In this document: one piece after another, positions 25,760 through 31,745 of the stretch
Numbering within the stretch: the first letter of the stretch is position 1
Layout: each line of letters begins with the position of its first letter
Source of the DNA: Anaerolineales bacterium
GTDB lineage: Bacteria > Chloroflexota > Anaerolineae > B4-G1 > SLSP01
DNA: 37,586 nucleotides
Assembly (NCBI GenBank): GCA_046541755.1
Contig: JBKHCQ010000002.1
Span: 1 to 37,586, forward strand
Reading direction: 5' to 3'
Notes under the pieces: generated by a model
Told to the model about the DNA's origin: nothing
Databases searched by the model: none
The model's input: only the letters and a program-made list of their open reading frames with translations
Position numbers and translations under genes: made by a program

Positions 25760-28527
25760 GGGGCTTGTGCTCGTCTTCGAGATTGCCGCCAGGCAATACC
25801 CAAAATAGCGCAGAGGGCCAGCCCCGCTGCAATCACCAGGGGAATTAGCCACCCTGGACGACTCACAGCCTCATCCTCCAAAGAAATCTGAGGCGCAATC
25901 TCGGTCGCGGCGGATGGCTCAGGGGCGACCGTGGGGGAAGCCGTGGGATCGCGCGCCGTCGCAGTGGACGTCACGACCTCCGACTCAGAGAGACTCGGCC
26001 CGGTGGTTTGCACATAGTCATCGCCGAACCTCCGCGTATCGACCGTACTAACCGCCCCATCCTTAATCAACGCCAGATTTCCGTTCAAAGCCCAGGATTG
26101 ATGCATCAACACATCCGCGGCCTGCTGCACCCCCTCATCTGTCGTGCCGGTCACGGCCAACAGAGCGCGCGACGCATGCCAAGGCGAAACCATAAGCTGG
26201 ATATATCCCAAACTCGCATTCGAGGGGAAGCGCAACGTCACCCAATCCAACTTCTGCGCGATCACATCCGAGTTCGGCAAGAAAGGCTGCGGCAGTTGAT
26301 TATGTACCTCTTGCAACACGCGGTTCCGCGAAGGTCGCCCTACCGCAATGATATGATGCGCGCTCAACATCGCTGCGGCATCCGGCATGCCCAACGTCAC
26401 CGCCGGCGCGAAACTAAGCCCCCCAGAGGCCTCGCCCAGCATCGCGGCCAACCGCAACGCAGAATCCCACACCTCGCTCTGAGGGCTTTCGGGCAGCGCA
26501 AAGAGCACGTCGGTCAAATCCGGGCGCAGATCAAAAGGATGCGAGAAGAACTTCAGATCCAACACCTGCTCATCGCGCACCGAGTGCTCCAAGTGCAACG
26601 CGGATGTGCTAATGACGCGCAACCAGACATTCGCGTATGCGCACTCGTCCACCGGGAACAGCTCAGACTCTACAGAAATAAGATTAAGCTCGCCATTGCG
26701 GACGAGGGAAAGCGGCAGCACCACATCCACCCGCCCCGCCAACGCGGTTTGAGCGCTGAGCGCGATGGTGGCGATGGTCTCATGGTTAAGGGCCACACTC
26801 AGCGATGATCGATCATAATCTAGGTTCTGGGCATGTCGAAAGGACAGGCTCAGCGTGATCTCGTCGGTGAGATGCCAGCCCACGGGGATATCGAAGTAAT
26901 AGCTGACCCTATCGCTGAATCCATCCAGCATCCCATCTTCATATCCCAAATCGGCTAAGGTCATCTCGGCCCGGGGGGAAATTTGAGGGCGTTCCAATCC
27001 GACGGACGGGCCGCGCACCACTGCATGCGCCCCCGTCAGGCCGGGGAAGCGATTCCGGGAACTTATGGCCCGACTCGCCAGGGCAACCGCCTCATCATGC
27101 AATCCAGTGAGAATCAAAATCGCCTTCGATGGTTCCCAAGGAGATACGAGCATCTGCACCACGCCGTCATACTCCGCAACCCCGCGCCCTTCTTGCACGA
27201 AAAAGTAATCGGATGGGGGGCGCGAGCGCTTTATATTGCCCGCCGTGCCCGCTTCGATTTCTGAAGGCGCGCTCGTGCTCACGGTCGTCGTCAAGGTGCT
27301 CACATTCACCGGATGATCGCGCGCATCGAGCAAGGTCGCCGTGTTCTCCACCATAGCCGCGGTCAGCGCATCGCTCGCGCGCAACACCAACTCCCGATTG
27401 ATCGTCGCCCCCGGAGATAAGGAGGGCAACTCCCAAGCGACCTCTCCCGTCGCTAACTCAACGCAGGCCGGCAAGCAGCGTGTGAATTGTGTGGGGGTCA
27501 GGATCGCATTCACCAGCGAGAAAGATGCGATATGGTCATCCGTCGTATTCGTCACTGTCAAGGTATACGTCAACAGCGCGCCCGGCGCGACGGAGATTGG
27601 CCCCTGAGTGGTCAGGTGCAGTTGCCGCTCCTGCAAGGCGAGCGGCAGAGCGTCTAGCTCATTAAGCGCCCCTATCACTTTGTTGCGCTCTGGCGTGCCG
27701 ACCACAATCCAATGCTCGTACGGCAACGCTGCGCCCTGCGCCGCGATGCGTTCCAGCAGCTCCCCATCGGTCGTGCCGCTAATCAGCACTCCATACGTCA
27801 GCGCGCCCAATCTGGCAGATGTCGCCGCCGCGCCCGCCAACTCCGCCGCCGAGGGATGATCAGGCAACACGAACTGGACGCGATCGGGTGCCACAGCGTT
27901 CTGATAAAAGGGCCGTGGATAAAGCGCCAAGTCCACCTCGATAGGGCGTTGTTCGTAGGCGAGTGCGAAGAAGGAGGTGGCATGGATGGTCGAATATGCA
28001 TTGTGTGGGATGCCGCAGATATAGCTCGCGTCCAAGATCACTTTGATGGTATGCGAGCGTGATGGCAAGGTGTTGAACACCGAGGGCGGCAAATCGATGC
28101 GCAGACGAGCGTGTTCCGCCGCTGCATCATCAATGGGGGCGATGTGCAGAACTTCCCCATCCAACGTGATGATGAGATTCCCAAAAGAAATTGGCTCGAC
28201 GGGTCTCGCTAGGGGATCTGCCGAATGATAGGTATAGCTAAAATCCAGCTCCAAAAAGCTCCCCGCCTGAAGATGCCACCCTTCAGGCAGTCGTAGCGTA
28301 TAATCCGTCGTACTATACGGGCTGCGCAACGTCCTCTCGCCGTATTGCAGATCAGATAGTGCAATCTGCACGCCGGGAAAGGCATCGTCAGGCGGATCAT
28401 GGCTCTCTTGCGCCTCCGTAGAAGAATAAAAAACGCCCAGAACTAGCCAGGTCAGCAAAACCCAAAATATCACAACGCTTCCGATGCGGACGCTGCCCCT
28501 GGATCTCCGCTTTCTCTGCTCACTCAT
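25756..28527 (-). CDS. BcsB-like (cellulose-synthase subunit B family) two-module extracytoplasmic protein with C-terminal TM anchor and an inserted DUF11-like domain
   Basis: Track ORF trimmed from GTG 28566 to ATG 28527 (GGAG upstream). N-terminal signal/anchor VVIFWVLLTWLVLGVF. Module 1: IALSDLQYGERTLRSPYSTTDYTLRLPEGWHLQAGSFLELDFSYTYHS...NLIITLDGEVL...ICGIPHNAYSTIHATSFFALAYE...DLALYPRPFY...HWIVVGTP. Module 2: MTLADLGYEDGMLDGFSDRVSYYFDIPVGWHL...LSLSFRHA...SSLSVALNHETIATI...ECAYANVWLRVISTSALHLEH...LKFFSHPFDL...HHIIAVGRP. Two ...VSPW(E/H)(P/A)S(K/R)A(I/L)L..TG...E(A/G)V..A(S/A) flavodoxin-like ends. LTYTLTVTNTTDD insert between the modules. C-terminal TM GWLIPLVIAAGLALCAILGIAW-RQSRRR. This pattern matches BcsB as I recall it from E. 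coli. Confidence 0.75.
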   Translation of the reverse strand: MSEQRKRRSRGSVRIGSVVIFWVLLTWLVLGVFYSSTEAQESHDPPDDAFPGVQIALSDLQYGERTLRSPYSTTDYTLRLPEGWHLQAGSFLELDFSYTYHSADPLARPVEPISFGNLIITLDGEVLHIAPIDDAAAEHARLRIDLPPSVFNTLPSRSHTIKVILDASYICGIPHNAYSTIHATSFFALAYEQRPIEVDLALYPRPFYQNAVAPDRVQFVLPDHPSAAELAGAAATSARLGALTYGVLISGTTDGELLERIAAQGAALPYEHWIVVGTPERNKVIGALNELDALPLALQERQLHLTTQGPISVAPGALLTYTLTVTNTTDDHIASFSLVNAILTPTQFTRCLPACVELATGEVAWELPSLSPGATINRELVLRASDALTAAMVENTATLLDARDHPVNVSTLTTTVSTSAPSEIEAGTAGNIKRSRPPSDYFFVQEGRGVAEYDGVVQMLVSPWEPSKAILILTGLHDEAVALASRAISSRNRFPGLTGAHAVVRGPSVGLERPQISPRAEMTLADLGYEDGMLDGFSDRVSYYFDIPVGWHLTDEITLSLSFRHAQNLDYDRSSLSVALNHETIATIALSAQTALAGRVDVVLPLSLVRNGELNLISVESELFPVDECAYANVWLRVISTSALHLEHSVRDEQVLDLKFFSHPFDLRPDLTDVLFALPESPQSEVWDSALRLAAMLGEASGGLSFAPAVTLGMPDAAAMLSAHHIIAVGRPSRNRVLQEVHNQLPQPFLPNSDVIAQKLDWVTLRFPSNASLGYIQLMVSPWHASRALLAVTGTTDEGVQQAADVLMHQSWALNGNLALIKDGAVSTVDTRRFGDDYVQTTGPSLSESEVVTSTATARDPTASPTVAPEPSAATEIAPQISLEDEAVSRPGWLIPLVIAAGLALCAILGIAWRQSRRRAQAP

Positions 28528-28542
28528 CTTAATCACTCCATT

Positions 28543-28575
28543 ACTTAGACGGCACTTAGACGGCACTTAGACGGC
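28543..28575. repeat. Perfect 11-bp x3 tandem repeat (acttagacggc) spanning the stop codon of the Wzz-GGDEF gene
   Basis: Read directly from the sequence. Minus strand is (GCCGTCTAAGT)x3, and the first unit supplies Ala-Val-TAA of the upstream gene. Confidence 0.95.
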
Positions 28576-29694
28576 CAGGATCTCCGCCGTTGAACTGCTG
28601 ATCGCGCCAGAGACCGACTCTGAACGCTGCAAGGATTTCTCGGCTTGGGCCAGAAACTCCTCGGGACTCAACTGATTACGTTGATAGGTCGCAACCGCGG
28701 CTCTGCAATTCAAGTCGAGGGCTCCGCCCCCCCTTTCCAATTTGAAGGACATCGAGGTTATCCCCATCTGCAACTCCTCGATAAAGCTCTCAGCCTCTTC
28801 CTTCCGCAGGTCGGGGAGGAGTATGGCGAACACGGTACCCTTCGTCCGCGCTATCACATCCTCCGTCCGTATATGGCGCATCAAGAACATGGCCGCCCGG
28901 CGGATCACCGCGCTTTGCTCCTGCGGCGAAGAGAGCGCTTCGATTTCCCGGGCGCGATCGATATCGATGCAGGCCAAACTCAAGGCATACGCATTACGCT
29001 CAGCGCGGGCCATCTCCTCCTCTAATCGCTGTTTTAAGAAAGTTCTGTTATATACGCCACTTTCCTCATCCAGGATATTAAACTCGGTTGGGGAGCGCAA
29101 GGGAATTTGGAGGTATTCCAAGAAGAACGCCAATCCGCAGCCCAGCGCCAATCCGAACACCGCGCCCAAGGCTACCTGCATTTTTTCATTGCGCGCCACT
29201 TGATACCCCTCTTCGGGCGCGGAGTCGAGAAGATTCAGATTATAAATTCCCTGAAGCTCTTGAAGATCTTTAACATAGGCCACGGTCTCATCGCCAATCG
29301 TGTTAGCCAAAAGGGAGACGCTTTCGCGATTCCGGCCCTGAACCGTGATTTTCAACAGGTTTGTCCCCGACAAAGGGTAAGCATCAATCGAGAAATACGC
29401 CATTTGGGACATGGATAATCCCAACTTATCCGCCACCCGCCCGCGAACTAAGCGGCTCAGGGCTATTTCCGCGTAAGTGTTACCGATCTCGGTCTGCCGA
29501 CTTAAAATATCGACCCCGTACACCACGCTGCCGGCGAGAGAGGGATTAGGCACGATGACAAAGGTGACGGTGGCTTCGTAAATCGGGGGCTGCATGAATG
29601 TAAATACGATCGTGGCAGTTAAGGTGATCACGAAAACAGATAAGACGATCCACCACTTTCGCAACAGAATCAGCATATAGATCTTCAGTTCCAT
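28567..29694 (-). CDS. Wzz/PCP-type polysaccharide co-polymerase fused to a degenerate GGDEF domain with intact RxxD I-site (predicted c-di-GMP receptor)
   Basis: Track ORF 28567-29790, trimmed to ATG 29694 (the upstream part lies in a dispersed repeat). 375 aa. Wzz N-terminus ELKIYMLILLRKWWIVLSVFVITLTATIVFTFMQPPIYEATVTFVIV. TM2 MQVALGAVFGLALGCGLAFFLEYL. Then DEESGVYNRTFL...LACIDIDRAREIEA...HIRTEDVIARTKGTVFAILLPD. Confidence 0.8.
   Translation of the reverse strand: MELKIYMLILLRKWWIVLSVFVITLTATIVFTFMQPPIYEATVTFVIVPNPSLAGSVVYGVDILSRQTEIGNTYAEIALSRLVRGRVADKLGLSMSQMAYFSIDAYPLSGTNLLKITVQGRNRESVSLLANTIGDETVAYVKDLQELQGIYNLNLLDSAPEEGYQVARNEKMQVALGAVFGLALGCGLAFFLEYLQIPLRSPTEFNILDEESGVYNRTFLKQRLEEEMARAERNAYALSLACIDIDRAREIEALSSPQEQSAVIRRAAMFLMRHIRTEDVIARTKGTVFAILLPDLRKEEAESFIEELQMGITSMSFKLERGGGALDLNCRAAVATYQRNQLSPEEFLAQAEKSLQRSESVSGAISSSTAEILAV
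28600..29082 (-). other. Degenerate GGDEF domain: active-site position KGTVF (28828-28842), I-site RTED (28858-28869)
   Basis: Gapless by-eye alignment to the PleD GGDEF domain. There are 29 residues between IDID and RxxD in both, and RxxD is followed by 5 residues and then the GG(D/E)EF position. The FKxxND stretch is replaced by AREIEA. Confidence 0.75.
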
Positions 29695-29989
29695 CTCTTC
29701 ACCTGGCCTCCCAAACATTTCTAGGGCTTTGGGATTTCGCCGGACAATTCCCCCAGCGATCCTGACAACCACTATCCCCGTACACAACACAAACTTCGGA
29801 AGCTGTCAGGTCATATCCACCAGTAGCGATGACGATGTCATCGCCTATCGAGGGGGGGATATACCTCACAAACCTCCGAAGTTTGTCGAGGATCTATGAC
29901 CTCCGCACCTATCTTAACGATCAAGAACAACTGCGCGACTCAAAAATCAAAACGATCCGTTACGCTCGTCCTTTCCGTAAGTAGGGCAA
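29695..29989 (-). promoter_or_regulatory. Long structured 5' leader of the Wzz-GGDEF / BcsB-like operon segment
   Basis: Perfect 12-bp inverted repeat 29789-29800 / 29875-29886. Inner 8-bp hairpin 29826-29833 / 29837-29844. A further 8-bp pair, 29808-29815 / 29895-29902, crosses the first (alternative fold or pseudoknot). No ORF in the region. Confidence 0.45.
29725..29790. repeat. Dispersed intergenic repeat, family 2 (copy b, partial)
   Basis: GGCTTTGGGATTTCGCCGGACAATTCCCCCAGCGATCCTGACAACC aligns with 5582-5625 and 31526-31560. Confidence 0.6.
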
Positions 29990-30017
29990 AGTGTACAATG
30001 TTTGCTAATTAACGCAA
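29990..30017 (-). promoter_or_regulatory. Candidate sigma70-type promoter TTGCGT-N16-TACACT
   Basis: Minus strand: TTGCGT (30012-30017), 16-nt spacer, TACACT (29990-29995). Lies immediately downstream of the 14-bp repeat array. Confidence 0.4.
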
Positions 30018-30032
30018 ACGTTATCTCCTTTC

Positions 30033-30094
30033 CATCAACACTTTCACATCAACACTTTCACATCAACACTTTCACATCAACACTTTCACATCAA
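30033..30094. repeat. Tandem 14-bp direct repeat, 4 full copies plus 6 nt (catcaacactttca)
   Basis: Read directly: units at 30033, 30047, 30061 and 30075, partial at 30089-30094. Perfect copies. Confidence 0.95.
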
Positions 30095-30116
30095 ATCCTT
30101 CAGTGAAATGTTGGGA

Positions 30117-30195
30117 CTAAAGCAGTTCCAGAAATTAAAACCTCCCAAACCTGATGCTTTTTTCTTGGGAAACTGTTCGTTTTTGAGAGATTTAT
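30117..30195 (-). repeat. Dispersed ~79-nt intergenic repeat, family 3 (copy b)
   Basis: Aligns with 16838-16915. Begins 9 nt after the sugar-transferase stop. Minus strand: ATAAATCTCTCAAAAACG...GGTTTGGGAGGTTTTAATTTCTGGAACTGCTTTAG. Confidence 0.7.
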
Positions 30196-30204
30196 CAAAC
30201 TACA

Positions 30205-30885
30205 CTACAGGGCGCCGGCGCCAGAGAAGACCGAAAGAGCCGTCAACCACAAGATTTTCAAATCGAGCCACAAGCAGCAATCTTCCACATATTCTACGTC
30301 GTGATGAGCAATGTCATCGAAGGAAATCGTGCTGCGCCCCATAACCTGCGCTAATCCTGTGATGCCGGGCAGGACGTTCAGGCGTTGATAGTGCCACGGC
30401 TCGTAAGCTTCTACTTCCCAAGGAACGTTGGGCCGTGGCCCGACGATGCTCATCTCGCCCCGCAGCACATTGATGATCTGAGGCAGCTCATCCAAGCTGG
30501 TCTTGCGCAAGATCGCCCCTACCTTGGTGATCTGAGAAGCTTTGATCGGCTTGAAAATCGTGTGGCCCTCTTCAATCTTCCCTTCAACTTCCCCCTTCAC
30601 AAACGCCTGCATATACGCCCGGTGCTCGCGGTCATCCAAATTGTGCTGCATAGTGCGAAATTTAAACATTCGGAATGGATTCCCATCCTTCCCGATGCGC
30701 TCCTGAATGAAAAACGCCGGGCCGGGAGAATCCAATCGAATGGCCACCGCACACACAGCCATCACAGGTAGCAAAACAGGCAATAGCAAAAGACAAATCA
30801 CCCAATCGAAAAGCCGTTTAGCTACCTCGTATGGCCTTGGATAAGACCATACCTTTGTTTGTTGTTGAATAAAAACCGAGTCCAT
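30205..30885 (-). CDS. Bacterial sugar transferase (initiating polyprenyl-phosphate glycosyl-1-phosphate transferase, small monotopic PGT)
   Basis: Track ORF (TTG 30903) trimmed to ATG 30885, with AAGGAGG 6 nt upstream. Motifs KRLFDWVICLLLLPVLLPVMAVCAVAIRLDSPGPAFFIQERIGKDGNPFRMFKFRTM, DELPQIINVLRGEMSIVGPRP and LPGITGLAQV are hallmark Bac_transf motifs. 226 aa. Confidence 0.9.
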   Translation of the reverse strand: MDSVFIQQQTKVWSYPRPYEVAKRLFDWVICLLLLPVLLPVMAVCAVAIRLDSPGPAFFIQERIGKDGNPFRMFKFRTMQHNLDDREHRAYMQAFVKGEVEGKIEEGHTIFKPIKASQITKVGAILRKTSLDELPQIINVLRGEMSIVGPRPNVPWEVEAYEPWHYQRLNVLPGITGLAQVMGRSTISFDDIAHHDVEYVEDCCLWLDLKILWLTALSVFSGAGAL

Positions 30886-31108
30886 GGTACCCTCCTTTCG
30901 CAAAACAACACTTGACTCTCCTGAAAAACAAAGATCTCAAAAGTGGTTCCCGCGCTCACCTGAGCTTTTTCAGTAGAGCCGACTGAAATGGCGAAAAACC
31001 TCCTTTCACCTAGCGTATCGACAGCCCAAATTCATCGAACTGCCCATACGTGCGTCTCTGCCTCCCCCCTACTGACTGAATTTTACAAAAAATGTATGAA
31101 GAGCGAGT

Positions 31109-31136
31109 ATTAAAAATCCTAAAAATTCCTTAGCAA
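31109..31136 (-). promoter_or_regulatory. Candidate promoter TTGCTA-N16-TTTAAT for the EPS operon
   Basis: Minus strand: TTGCTA (31131-31136), 16-nt spacer, TTTAAT (31109-31114), in the only AT-rich stretch upstream of the sugar transferase. Implies a ~215-nt leader. Confidence 0.35.
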
Positions 31137-31293
31137 ATGGGCGGGGACTATACAGAAGCAGCGCCTAACTTTCCAGCAAGCTGACTCAACCGGGTAATTC
31201 GAACTCGAGACAACCCATTCATAGCTTCCCGGAAGGTAAAAGCCTGAGTAGTTTTGACATGAGCGGGATGTTTTCTCCCGAGGAACCGATGAG

Positions 31294-31518
31294 GGGGAAG
31301 CGACGGCTGATCGTCGGAAAGCATCCCGCCATGCCCCGCGCCGAGGATTGAAATCCCCGGCTACTAAGCGCAAGTCAACTCAAGTTGACTCGATTTCCAC
31401 GTGGATTTCGGTCTTTCAGTCGGTCTTTAGCCGACTTCAGCTTTTAGCCTGCGATTCATCCGCAGGCGCAGGCGGCGCAAGTTCGTCCTTTCCTACAATC
31501 AATCAAGCGTCACACCTG
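31294..31518 (-). repeat. Multi-hairpin dispersed repeat, family 1, copy B (inverted relative to copies A and C; hairpins intact)
   Basis: The reverse complement aligns along its full length with 12865-13084 and with 37208-37299. Palindromes GCCTGCG/CGCAGGC, AGTCGG/CCGACT, TCCAC/GTGGA, AGTCAAC/GTTGACT, GCCGGG/CTCGGC and CGACG/CGTCG are all present. Confidence 0.85.
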
Positions 31519-31525
31519 ATGAGGG

Positions 31526-31619
31526 GGCTTTTGGATTTTGCCGGACATCCCCCTAAGTGGCCCTCAGAGCAGCGAAGAGGGGCGCGTTGGTGAGAATCAC
31601 AGACCTTTTTACGTCGTTC
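31526..31619. repeat. Dispersed intergenic repeat, family 2 (copy c)
   Basis: GGCTTTTGGATTTTGCCGGACATCCCCC...GTGAGAATCACAGACCTTTTTACGTCGTTC aligns with 5582-5675. Lies 8 nt from family-1 copy B. Confidence 0.7.
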
Positions 31620-31666
31620 TAGGTTGTGGGTAGGCATAGCAAGATTGCACCCGATGAGCAACCAAT

Positions 31667-31700
31667 AAAAAAACGCTCGATCCGGTTAAGGATCGAGCGT
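31667..31700 (-). terminator. Rho-independent terminator after the ICMT-family gene
   Basis: Minus strand: ACGCTCGATCC-ttaacc-GGATCGAGCGT (11-bp perfect stem) followed by TTTTTTT. Lies 46 nt after stop 31746. Confidence 0.85.
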
Positions 31701-31745
31701 TTGCGGTTATGGATAGACAAGAGACGTCAAGCCATCAAATTTATC

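Noticed and set aside
29695-29989. c-di-GMP riboswitch (GEMM-I/II) in the leader of the receptor gene, and a GEMM-like ACGCAAAGCC string at 37202-37210
   Set aside because: Only short string resemblances (GGCGAAAUCC, CCAAAGCCC). I cannot reconstruct the conserved two-hairpin GEMM architecture by eye. The 37202 string is on the plus strand with no downstream plus-strand gene. This needs an Infernal scan.
30033-30094. Tandem arrays considered as CRISPR (also 28543-28575 and 35944-35999)
   Set aside because: The units are contiguous with no spacers and are only 7-14 bp long. No cas genes are present.
31294-31340. GGATTGAAATCCCCGG within family-1 repeats considered as an orphan CRISPR repeat or tRNA fragment
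   Set aside because: It occurs once per element, with no array, no spacers and no cloverleaf. It is simply one of the element's hairpin loops.
31119-31593. ORFs 31119-31373 (-) and 31348-31593 (+)
   Set aside because: They lie inside dispersed repeat families 1 and 2. Their reading frames are not maintained in the other repeat copies, and neither has an RBS.
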